From Trichinella spiralis (Eukaryota): a stretch of 64,000 nucleotides of DNA. The notes beneath the pieces are model-generated. The model saw only the letters and a list, made by a program, of their open reading frames with translations. It made no database searches and was not told the origin of the DNA. The stretch is taken from positions 5,096,588 through 5,160,587 of the forward strand of contig NW_003526943.1 of assembly GCF_000181795.1 (NCBI RefSeq). Reading direction: 5' to 3'. Every line of letters starts with the position of its first letter. The stretch's first letter is position 1. This document shows positions 13,510 through 25,011 of this stretch, one piece after another. Made by a program: the position numbers and the translations under genes.

Positions 13510-14080
13510 GCACTGATAACAGAACAGGGTCTTAATTCAACAAATGCTGATGTTGCGGACTTAAGACGGGTAAGCAGCCGTTATGCTGATAAGAAAAAAC
13601 GCGTTGCACAATACATGGGTGAATATAACAGCGGTAGATGTACCATAGAATAGTTCATTCGAGCTTTAGTGTACATAACACCGGAGCCCATTTAATACTG
13701 CCTTCTAAGTGATGGTTTGCAGTATAATTGTATTGTATGGCATTATATTTGTATTTCATTGTATTATTTTTCCTTTCCACTTTGCTAATATCCTTCACTG
13801 ATATATATTCTGTATTGTTTCTATTGTTGTTGCTGTTGCTGTTGGTGGATAGTGAAAAATTAAAATCACTGTATAACTTATTACATTTTGTGTTGCTTTT
13901 GATGATTTATTACTATCACTTTTGATACAATTTCATATTAGCACAAGTGCTTTTCAAAATACTGATCAATAAAAAGTACAAACTTCACCGCAAACCACAT
14001 ATTGAAAACAAAATTTCTATGAATAATGAAACTTCGTGAATTGTGATAAGCAAACATTTAACAAAATTTAAAAATATTAA
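13510..14080 (+). mobile_element. Degenerate DNA-transposon remnant: C-terminus of a putative Mutator/FLYWCH-type transposase with a premature stop, plus 3' non-coding repeat
   Basis: About 13555-13695 translates ADLRRVSSRYADKKKRVAQYMGEYNSGRCTIE*FIRALVYITPEPI* (TAG at 13651). This resembles the C-terminus of a multicopy Trichinella protein family that I recall as MULE-associated. The downstream DNA matches window bases 30-300. Confidence 0.55.
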
Positions 14081-15009
14081 AAATTCAGTGCTATGTTATA
14101 TTCACCATACTTAAGTTACGTAATCGAAAATGAAAATATTTAGACGAATGAAATGAAACAATATTGCAGCTAATTAAAACTGAAAAGTTTGAATCAATAA
14201 ACAATAAGAGAACGGTACAAAGGACCACTAAGATAACGCGTTCAACGACCAATGAGAAAACGCGATGAAACTTTAGGCTGAATTTGACTATTGTCAAACT
14301 TTCTCCACAAGACGATTTGCTCCTTCGATATCCTTCCAGTCTTGCCATATTCTGTGGCATTTAGTATTAAGCCTTAACATAGTGCACCGTGCAGTGTGCC
14401 ATGCCATCATAAGAAACAAAACAAATGATAATATATTTGGAAACGATAGTTTGCACTTGCCAAACAGGCGCTGTTGAAGTGGCTTCTTCCGCTTACTGAT
14501 TTTGCAGAACAGAAGAGGTGAAATGAGGGTATTGTGGTGCTGTGAAATGCCCTGCCCATTAGCGCTGGTGAAATATATTTTGATAGTGAGCCAGAACAGG
14601 AAATTGTAATCAATAAATTTCTACCATGGTGTGGAAAAGGAAGGAACGCAATACGCTGCTTACTTGCAAGGAAAAAAACCTGAAAATCCGTTGGCCAGCA
14701 AAATTACTGTTGTTCCATTCGTTCAAAAAATTCATAACTGCCATTGAACTGAGATGATTATAGCCAACGGTCAAAAGCCTGGCACATATATTTTCTGTTT
14801 TGATTGGTAACCAACAATGTGAAATGGAGCAACAAATGCGTCATTCTGCGACTTTCAGTGCATGATAATAATACTACGTGCTGAGATGAGAAAAACAATG
14901 TTTACTCATTACATTCAAAAACCAAGATTGTAAAATTATCCATTAAAAACACAAGTACAAGAGATGTCACCCCATTTACACCTACATTAAATAAACACTT
15001 GAAAATACA

Positions 15010-15098
15010 GGAGACTTGAAAGTCTCCAAGACAAAAATTTGAAATAACCCAAAGGGTTATTATTTTAGATATTTACCTTCAAGTAAATTCGAACAATC
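15010..15098 (-). ncRNA. Spliced-leader (SL) RNA gene B; leader GATTGTTCGAATTTACTTGAAG
   Basis: Minus strand: 22-nt leader (15098-15077), then GTAAAT donor, hairpin AATAACCC-TTT-GGGTTATT, Sm site AATTTTTG (15039-15032) and terminal hairpin GGAGACT-TTCA-AGTCTCC. This is canonical SL RNA architecture. Confidence 0.9.
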
Positions 15099-15148
15099 GC
15101 AACCTACTTGTCCAGATAATAATATATCAAAATATGTAACGCTATACA

Positions 15149-15161
15149 TAAGTTGGGTTTT
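15149..15161 (-). promoter_or_regulatory. Putative proximal sequence element (PSE) of SL RNA gene B, AAAACCCAACTTA at -63..-51
   Basis: 12/13 identical to the motif at the same distance upstream of SL RNA gene A. Confidence 0.7.
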
Positions 15162-16406
15162 GCAAAATATTATTTTTTTTGTCTTATACAGGTTTAGAAA
15201 ATTTTGCAAACTTGCAACTACAATTAGTACACATCAAAAACAATTCATACTATTCTTTAATGCAATGTTTGCAGAGGTAAAAATATCATACCTTAAAATA
15301 AAGATTATTTTTAAACATCATTGTACATTCTTTACAAAAACCATTCTCATGCCCAACATTAAATGGCTTTTATTATGTATTATTTATTTTTTGTTAATTC
15401 GAAATGCCAAAAATAATTCCTTATCTTTCTTGTTTCATTATATATATATATATAGTTTAGCAAAAACACATGAACATTATGAAATTGAACTGTTCTCTTT
15501 AATATATTGACATTTTCACAATTTCTGTAAAACACTAAACTAAAAATTTCAATTTTAACTTCTCAGATCAATTTACTTTGAAAACGCAGTACATATTTAT
15601 TTAAAAATTCACAAAATTATACACTTCATATATATCAAATTAAAAAAGAATTCAAATTTTTTATTACACACGTAACATTTATGTTAATGCTAGAAATCTC
15701 GATTTGATAAAAATCAGTAATTCATTTAATGTTTTCCAAAACTGTTCATAAAAACCATACAAAATCTATTTAGTTTATAAGAAAATTCTTTTGATTCATA
15801 ATATGGAGCTACTAACTTGTGCAGAACGCGTTAAATATTTTATAGAAGAACAATACCAATCAGGCAGTTGAATAACAAACCTTCATATCAATATATTTAA
15901 ACAACTTTACTTAGGAAAGTTAGGAAATCATTAAATGATTCCCATGAAGTTCAATTCTTCTAATCGGAAAAATTAAAATTAAAAATCGAATAGACGTACT
16001 GAACGATTAAAACATATAGTGTAATAAGTCCCGGTTTAATTCTTGTCCATAACATGTTTACAATATGAAATTATTTGGTATTGAAAGATATCTCTGTTTT
16101 TTTTAATTCAGTGCAAATACTGAAGAGATCCACAAGTAGCACACAAATTGCGTTTTAATGAAATATTTTTTTCATTCCACATAATGTTTAATTTTTATAT
16201 TCAATTTATAAATTATTTATTTATTTTTTGAGATGAATAATGCAAATTTTGCACTCCAATTCCACAAGCGCAGATCTGATTTTCGAATATCATCTTAAAA
16301 TGATGCACAACTAATATCGACTAATAGCGAATAATTTAATAAATAAATGAATAACAATACTGATAATTTTAATGATTAATGTTTTTATATGACTGAATTC
16401 AATTAG

Positions 16407-16419
16407 AAAACCCAATTTA
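16407..16419 (+). promoter_or_regulatory. Putative PSE of SL RNA gene A, AAAACCCAATTTA at -63..-51
   Basis: Same motif and spacing as upstream of SL RNA gene B. Confidence 0.7.
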
Positions 16420-16469
16420 AAATTCAATTTTCTACTACAACAGACGAATTTCATTGATTATGCGATTCA

Positions 16470-16559
16470 TACCGTTCAATTAATTTTGAAGGTAACTGAA
16501 ACGTGTACGACAAATATTTGTTGTACAGAATTTTTGTTTTGGAAATCATAATGATTTCC
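16470..16559 (+). ncRNA. Spliced-leader (SL) RNA gene A; leader (A)TACCGTTCAATTAATTTTGAAG
   Basis: 22-nt leader 16470-16491, then GTAACT donor. Stem I is TACC/TTCAA..TTGAA/GGTA, stem II is TGTACGACAA..TTGTTGTACA, the Sm site AATTTTTG is at 16529-16536, and stem III is GGAAATCAT..ATGATTTCC. Confidence 0.92.
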
Positions 16560-16902
16560 TTTAAGTTTATTACATAATCTCAAAAGATACACTCTTTTTT
16601 ATGAAGGGTTTTATGTGAAGTGATTGTTTTAACATGCATATTTTTGCAAATTTATATATTTGATAAATTCAATAACGTGATAATAATCTGATTTTCATTT
16701 GTTTTACTTGCAAATAAAGTAAATGGAATTCACTATGAAAACCTTACTTAATGTTGTTATATGGTTTCAAAAGCATGTTTAGCAGAATGAACATAAACAT
16801 TATTCATGAAAAAAACCATTACCAAATCCTGGAGATTGTTACTTTGTCATTTGTTTCGAGTGCTTGGGGTTACCTAGCTTTACAGTACCAACTGGTGCAA
16901 AA

Positions 16903-16912
16903 NNNNNNNNNN
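16903..16912. other. Assembly gap (10 N)
   Basis: Run of N. Confidence 1.
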
Positions 16913-17748
16913 CTTTCATTACGAAACAAACATCCATATACATTTTTTTACACATGTCGATGAGGTTTGCATGAAAAATCCTGTTTGACGTTCATACATT
17001 TCATATAAAATACAATCGAACTTGATTAATTGCATAAGATTTTGGCCGAAAAAAAATTCCCTTTATTTAATTAAACGGTAAAATAATGGATAAGTGCATG
17101 GAAATTCTTTCGAAATTCGAAATTTTCGACATTCCATACTTATAACCAAGTTCAAATGTAATTTGAAATGCAACATCAAACAGATCAGCTACATCATAGG
17201 CGCTGCTTTTGATGCGGAATGTTTAAATATTTCATTATCATTAAAATATGCATTGAAAGGTTGCAAGTGGAAATGATAGTAGATGGCAATTTGTGTGTTC
17301 ACCAACGCACTAGTCGATTTCGTTCAGATGTTGAAATAGAGTTTACAATTTACATCAAATATATAAATACATTTGTTTTTTGATTTGTAAATAATATTGC
17401 AGATTTTTAATTTTTTATTTAAATAAAATATACGAAGGAAAACAATAAATCTGTTGAACAGGAGCAAAAGAAACATTGGAAAGATTAAAGATAAAATTCG
17501 TTTGCAAAACAGAAAAATTTTCAGAGAACAGGCCAACAAAATCAGAAAAGTATTTCGATGCTAACAAAAATTAGCAATTGCCAGTCCTAATTTTAACTCA
17601 GAACTGCAGCTGTGGAAAATTTATCACTTGTTGATTTTCCCTTTGTATTAAAAATCGCCATAACTAACTTATGCGATGTGATGGAAAACGCGAAGAATGT
17701 TTGACAAAGGCATATGCGTGATACATGCGTAAAATTCAGTGAAATTGC

Positions 17749-17816
17749 GAGCTAAACGTATCGTCTGCTGTTCTTACTGTGGTACTGCTGTGCTAGTGAA
17801 AAATAAAATCACTATT
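17749..17816 (+). repeat. Error-rich near-copy of window bases 1-75 at a contig end
   Basis: GAGCTAAACGTATCGTCTGCTGTTCTTACTGTGGTACTGCTGTGCTAGTGAAAAATAAAATCACTATT versus bases 1-75. The differences are mostly shortened homopolymers. Confidence 0.85.
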
Positions 17817-17829
17817 NNNNNNNNNNNNN
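17817..17829. other. Assembly gap (13 N)
   Basis: Run of N. Confidence 1.
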
Positions 17830-18409
17830 CCAGTGGCAGCACTCCGTCGACCGACCGTCGGCTTGGAAACGGTCCTTCTCCAAGTTGAACCTGCGCATCC
17901 GGAACCCAACCGACGAAGCCGATTCGACCCCGACCACCACCAAGCAGGACGAGTCGTCCGGAGGGAGCGGGGAGCTGAAGCCGGTGTTCTACGCGGCGTC
18001 GACCAGCGGCAGTTCGCCGGACCTCTCCACCGGTAGGCCCACGAAACCGCCGCCGAATCCCAAGCGAACCATGGCCCAGTACAAAATTGCGCTCACTTTT
18101 CTCTGCTATTTGCGCTTCTCGGCGTCGAAGCAGTCGTTCAAACGTTCCAAACAGTCGGCCGATTTGGTGGACATGTCGGTGAAAATGAACGAAAGCGAAA
18201 CAATCCAACTGGCTCGACTGGTCAATTTGCAGCAAAAGTTGGAAATGAGCCTCGGCACCGGCGCGGCAAGGCCCGAGATGTCGGTCAGTCAACGTCTCGG
18301 CCGACTCCAGCACACGGTTCTCAGCTTGCACAAGCAAACCGACGCCGTCAAGTCGGCACTGCAAACTATACGAGATCGTCTGAAGGGCACTGACAGACAA
18401 TGTGAGTAG
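17830..18409 (+). CDS. 3'-terminal exon of a KCNQ/Kv7-like potassium channel (helices B-C-D); 5' part missing at the gap
   Basis: The frame is open from 17831 to TAG 18409. QYKIALTFLCYLRFSASKQSFKRSKQSADLVDM..IQLARLVNLQQKLEMSLG..MSVSQRLGRLQHTVLSLHKQTD parallels KCNQ [69 protein letters not shown]. Confidence 0.65.
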
Positions 18410-18595
18410 AAAGGCAGAGAGTGTAAATCAAGAAAATAAATAAATCATACATATTTTTTTTGCAAATCACCATCGATCATCGTACTGTCAGTTTTTACTC
18501 GAATTTGAATATTTTCCGTTTCTTTTTTATTCGCACAGGGCTGTTTATGAGCACAATGGTGGTGGTAATGATAACAGAAATTACAAAACTATTCT

Positions 18596-20639
18596 TCAAA
18601 CACTGATAGTTTTAAAAATGTTGAATGCATCCGACGCGGTGCTTATCAAAACTCCCTCGTGATCCGGATGCCAGTTCACTTCTTTTATATCAATCTGGCC
18701 CATGTGGAGAAATATCAGCTGCTGTGGAATCCTCGACAAGATTTTCATGTCGCATCTGAAATGGAAAATAATTTTTCACAATTTTTTATTGCACTTTCCC
18801 AACAACAACAACAACAAACATGTCAGCATTTTCTTCTCTGTTGCCAACAAGATCCCAAATGCTGACCACGTCATCTTCGGCAGAAGCACAGAAAACACTC
18901 CTCTCGTGTGGACACCAGCTGACCGACGTGATAGGTCCTTTGTGAAATGGTAACAACACGACCGGACCGAAGCCCTGCAAAAAATTAACGACCACATTAC
19001 AAATGAAACGGATATAAAGCTTTATTAGCGAACACCTGAATTCTTCTGAAATCCCAAACTTTCAACAAACCGTCGTCTCCTCCGCTCACTAGCCACGGTT
19101 CAGTACGGTGCACGCTGATCACGTTCACATCTTTGCGATGCGCTTCCGGTATTCCAAAAACGCAAGCATCCTTCGGCGCCATTCTACAATCCCACACCAA
19201 AATGCTTCGGTCCGCAGAACAAGAAAAAAATACCTGAAAATTTTTAGCAGTGCAATTAAAAAATTGATTGCATAATAATAATTATTATTAATATTTTCAC
19301 GTTCGCCTCCTGATGAGACCATTGCAAATCTTCGACCGATGATTGATGCTGTTTGAATGGCCGCTGGTCAATTTGCCACTCGCCACCTTGGACCATTTTC
19401 CAAAAATGTATATTTCCCTTACAGTCTCCGGTTAAAAGTTGTCCTGAAATAAAAAGTAATAATAAACAAATACTTAAACACAGTATCCTCCGAAGAAAAT
19501 ACCTGGCACATGTCGACACCAGTCCAATGCGAAACCTTCATCCATGTGTCCGTGAAAAGTGAAAACGGGCTTTTCGTCCAATTTATCTCTAGACTTTTTG
19601 CCAAACACTGTTTCGGCAGCTTTCACTGCGGCAGACAAATTCCACACATGCACCTTCTTCAAAGAACTCCAAGTTGCGCACAGGGTGGTAGTTTCAATTC
19701 TACATGCCTACATCATACAAGTGATTGAAGAGGTGTAACAAGAGAAAAAAGAAATTTTTTCCTTATACCCGAATACGATTTACATCACCGCGATGATCAA
19801 TTGTGATGTCTTTGAAAATTTTTGTATCTTTATTTGTTCTCTTTTTTCTACTTTTCTCCTCTCCATCTGAACTATGTGAATCATCGTCATCTAAATTCAA
19901 ATTCAATAATAATAATTATTATCATTATTAAACTGAATACTTCACAACTACCATCCTTCAATTCTAACAGATTGCCAAGCATCATCACATGGATTCTGTT
20001 TCTCATTGGATGGCTCGCTTGAGTACCGGAAACAAGCATCACATCCATTGGAAAAGAACACTTCGTATCGGATCCAGGTGCCTTTACTGGTAGTGGATCA
20101 AAAGAAAGGCATGGATAGTCTAAAAATGAATAAAAATCACGCAATCAATCAACTTAAACTTAATCACAATGCTCCACCGGTGTAAAATGAGGAAAGCATC
20201 ACATAAGCAGTTTTATCACAAACAAGTTCTTCGCCTTCTTTAAGCGGTCGGCTTTGACCAGGTATGTAAATCTAAAAAACAAAATAATATTCACTTTTAC
20301 AAATTTTCATTTGATCGTTTATTTCTGAACCTCACTTTTTTCGTAATCTCTTTCGAAGCTACTGTACTGCTGTTCGTATCGTCCAATGCTTCATCGTCGT
20401 GTGATTTAACCTCATCGTCATCATCAGAACTGCAGTCCGACTCAGATTCATCTTCTTCCTCACTCACTGAATCAGCTTCTGCGATTTCCCCGATTTCCAC
20501 GCAGTCACTCAAATCGCTTGTATCTGAATCGTGGACTTCAATTTCATCAATTTCCTACAAAATCAAATTCATTTCACCAACTAATCGTATGTACAAATGC
20601 AATTGTAACAATCAACTTTTTAATGCACAATATGAACAT
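18596..20639 (-). CDS. GRWD1: Glutamate-rich WD repeat protein 1 (Rrb1), multi-exon; start exon uncertain
   Basis: Acidic N-terminus; IYIPGQSRPL..LVCDKTAYVML; YPCLSFD; LVSGTQA; GHMDEGFALDW; SSVEDLQWS; DVNVIS..GGDDGLLKVWD; QLIFLHMGQ..KEVNWHP; C-terminal FNIFKTISV* (TGA 18596). Confidence 0.9.
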
Positions 20640-23600
20640 TACAAATAATTATACACTAACTTACAGTAAAATTACATAACTATAAACTGTTAGAATCCAC
20701 AATATAAACAGTTACAACTAATTTTAGTTTTGCTTGCTCCCGCAACTTGATTTCAATTTTACTGTTAACAATGTACACTTTAGTGAAAATGTCATTCCTG
20801 TAGGCTTTATTTCAAAAAATCGTTTTATTAAAGTCATAATGATTTATTTTACAGCTTTTATTTGGTTGCGCATATTTTAAATTTGTTAAAACTTACTATT
20901 TTCGCTTGCAGTGTAGTAATACAACTTTTAATGTTATTTCTCAAAACTTTCGATTTTTCATAAAATTCGATAAAAGTGACTTAAAAATAACTCTAATACT
21001 TCCACTACCAACAATGCAACACAAAATAACGCAGAATCAAGTAAAACATAATAATAACATTACTGAATTCAACAGTACGAGTAAACGCTTAGAAGCTTTG
21101 TTTTTTAAACATTACCTTAAACTTTTCTAACAAGTGAAATTAATTATGACAAACAGAAAAATTTTAATATAGATTTCTACAAGGATATGAAAACTGGAAT
21201 AAAATTACATGAAACTACAAAGTACTCCACTTAGTTGATTTAACACGCTAAATGATGGAAAAAGTAGTACCTCCATATTTTTATGCTAAATTTAATGCCG
21301 ATTTTGTTCAAAAAATATGACGAAATTCAGCGCTACCATGAAAAGTTCCACGAAAATGTTAACAACCAGTAAGATTACGGTACGTATAATGCAGGTACAT
21401 ACAGTATGTAAGTTTCAGAAATAAATTGTGATTTTATATAACGAAGTAATTACAATTATAAAATTAGCATAAATATTTTGTGATACTGAATATTTTAGCA
21501 AATTATTCAATTTATATTTATTTAACAAAATGTTATTTTTATCGTTAACAATTAGCGTTCAGCCATTGTGAATAAATTTGACACTTTTCACTGGCAAAAA
21601 ATCTTTTGCGAGCCCGCTTTTCCTTTTTCAGAATGCCTATTTTGATTATGTCATCCGGTACATTGAATTCATTAAACAATATTAATGGGCCCATTTAAAA
21701 ATTGAAATCGCATTTAACGAACGTGTGCTTCTTGGCCATAACCCGCAGAAGCCAGTGCACACAAGCAACGATAATAACTTTTAAATTTGGTAACTTTCAC
21801 TCCGATTTTGGTACTTTTTAATGTAATTGAATATTATTATCTTATAAAATTTAATACAATGATAACCTTGCCTTCTGATTTTATAAATTTCTTATTTCTT
21901 AATGCCTTGTTGTTAGAGTTTTGAATTTGTCTATTGTTTGCATGCATTTGTGCAAATATTTACTGCAACTCCTTGATGTGATCACATAAACGATGTTCTA
22001 ATAGCATCGGTTTTTTAATTTTTAATTTTTATTTAGTTCTTTAACCATGTTCAAGAATAAGTCAACTAACTTTTGTTTACATGAATGCATAACACAAGTA
22101 TTTATAACATCTATCTAGAAATGAGTGATAACTTGAAAGCGTCGTTGCTTGCACAGAGATGATGCACGTAATTTAAATATTTTCTTTGATGCCCTTCACT
22201 GACAGTTTATCACATGTATCCTTGTCGAATTGTGAAAGGCCTTGGTAAAATGCATTTCTTTTTCTGCAAAGCGGTTTTGTCCGCATTAAGTCTCACCTGC
22301 GATGCTGCTGGGTGGCATTTGTTAAACAAACGCAGCACAACATGTTGATATTTGCAGAAGCTGCTTTTTGTCTATCAATGTAACAAGTGCGCATATAATC
22401 TTTAATCAATTATAAAAATTGAACTCCTCGACCGAAAAATATTCGTTTGCGTAAAGGCTTTTATAATAAATTTCATAAAGTTATTATTCATTATTTTATT
22501 GTTATTTTAAAGATGTTTCAAAGATCACTGTTTACTTTAAGCACTTGCAAGTTTTGCTTCTACTTTATCTATAGCTTTTGTAAACCTGTAAAGTTAGTGT
22601 TTTTTGCAATGCAAACTTATAAAATGATTTTATTTCAAGATACGAAATTACTTGAAGAACTCTAAAAAATGACGGAGGAAATAAAATGACGGTATTATAT
22701 TCTTATAAAGTTTTTGAAATTACAAGTTCTTAAAGCATCCACTTACTCAATGACAAAAGCTTGATAGCATTGCGAAATAAGTATTCCTGAAACAATAAAG
22801 TTAAGCTTGCAAACAATTGTTTGTTTTTAAATTTATATAAAAATTCTTCAGCAGTGGCATTTATTTATTAGTTTTGCTACCTTTCTTCGCAAAAATTTTT
22901 TGACAAATGAAGATGCATGCAGTCAGAGGTAAAAAAAATTAATCGTTTCTATTCATTCTGCTGTTTACAAGTTTATAAAATTGCTCTCAATACGCGACAG
23001 CCATTCTTGGTGATTAATTTTACTTGCCTTTTTTGAAATTTATTTAAAAATTCTTATTTACAAACCTTTTTTTATTCATCATCTTAAAATTAAAGCAGAA
23101 GAATTTGGGGTAATCGTTAAAATAACTGTGACAGCGTCCCTGATGTCACAAACAAACTTACATTAATAAATCAACTTTTTTTGGTGCTATGAGACTTTCA
23201 GCTTTTTAGTATTATTATGTTTTTATAAATTTAACATTGTCATACTAAAAGTACTTTTGTTTAAAATTATTTCCGATAAAATTTTCAATATAATGAAAAC
23301 AATTTTTAATATTTTCTGCCTCTGATTAACAGCCGAATGTAATAAGTAATAATAAGAATATAAGCATCTATATCGTAATAATTATAAAATCATTATAATC
23401 AAGATATTATATAATTAAAATTATATTAAAATTTTTCTATTAAGGAGGTTGCAATTAAGTGAAATGCTGAATTCCAAGCGTGTAAATTTGTATATTTGAT
23501 CAAGTAAAGCTTCATTTTTTGCTAAAGTAAACATGTTGCACTTGTCATAGTTTCATTTCAAAAAAATTACAATGTAATACAAAACATTATAAGCTTAGCA

Positions 23601-25011
23601 TTCATTTAACTTTTTTGGATGCATTTTGCGTGTCATTTATGTTAGCTTTCAGACTTCTGATGCATTTATATTCATTATCCATTGAGAATGGAGTTTAATA
23701 TCTTTGAGCACATCCTTGGTATACATGTATATTAAGGTAAGTGCGCATTGATATGAAATTCAAATACTGCATCTTCTTGATTTGAAAGAATAATTTAATA
23801 TTAAAAAATCGTTTTTTCTTAAAAATGAATAAATAAGTGTAAATAATTGGTTTTTTTGTCGCTGCATTTGCGCTTTCATTGAAGCGCATTTTTGGTTGTT
23901 GATTTTAACACAAATTGATGAGTAGAAGTTGTTGAAGTACTTCAAACTGATTGATTGAATTTCAGCCGCGATTTTCTATATAAATAGAAACACTTTTGAA
24001 AAATTCCACTCGTTCATTAAATCCAATGTTTAAACTGGTAAAATTGTTTGCAGTCTACTGCTGGTAGATGGAATATCTATTTTGAAATTAACATTCAACC
24101 TTTTTTTTCCATTGTATTTGTTCCATGTGAATGTTGCATTTTAATTTCAAAAAAAAATTTCCATATTTAGCATAGTTAAACATTGAAACGAATAATTATA
24201 ATTTATACGCATATTATTCTTGTGTTTTTTCACAGATAAATATAAATAAAAAATGTATATATATATATATATCTTTATAGTGTAACATTGTTTGCTTGGA
24301 GTAGGAGTAATGAGAAAAAAATGCTAAAAGAGAGAGAGAGAGAGAAAGAGGAAAATATTGCCGGTCAGAAATGACAATTGAGTCATAAATATGGAGATTG
24401 ATTGGAGGAAGCTTCTTATTGAATAGCTTGAAGATCAAAAGCAGCGGTATGGTGATCGATTGACGGGCCGGGTCGACGGCAATTATATTTTCAGACCGAT
24501 TCTTGGTTGTAGGTTTTTCTTATTGTATAAATGAGACAAATGTGCTTGTAAAAACTGGTTGCACGACTGTAGTATGCTGGTTGGATAGCAAACGCTTGCA
24601 ATAGTTTCAACGGGTCGCAACGACGAAGAACGCCGTCGTGTCATTGTGACAGGGTTGGTTTTTGGTATCTGTCTGTCCGTAAATATTACCGTGGTTCAGT
24701 AATTTTTTCCCCATATTATTTTTTTAAATATTTATTTCACTTTCATCATTTTGCCTTGTCTGTTGTGCTGTTGTTCGTGTTGTTTGGTCTTCTCTGTTCG
24801 ACGAGCTTCAGGCTAACCGCTTGTCGTACCAAGACAAAGAAGCGAATTCGAGAGAGGTCGTCGGCATTTGGATTTTATCCATTTGCTCATCTACTTACAA
24901 CATCCCCTCCCTCCCTCCCTCCCCCCCTCTCTCTCTGTGCATCATTCTTTATTTGTACAAGATTTACCAAAAATCATTTTTTCTCATCTTCTTTTGCCCA
25001 ACAAAACGGTG

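Noticed and set aside
14200..14890. Moderately GC-rich stretch with short ORFs that might be a pseudogene
   Set aside because: No frame gives a recognisable protein or a consistent splice model by eye; needs BLASTX.
15923..15943. GGAAATCATTAAATGATTCCC hairpin similar to stem III of SL RNA gene A
   Set aside because: No adjacent Sm site, donor or PSE on either strand. It could be chance or a decayed relic and cannot be supported.
16033..16041. GGTTTAATT, the start of canonical nematode SL1, between the two SL genes
   Set aside because: Only 9 nt match, with no AG/GT donor, hairpins or Sm site following.
17774..18400. 208-aa minus-strand ORF
   Set aside because: Antisense shadow of the GC-rich KCNQ-like exon; it also runs through an N gap.
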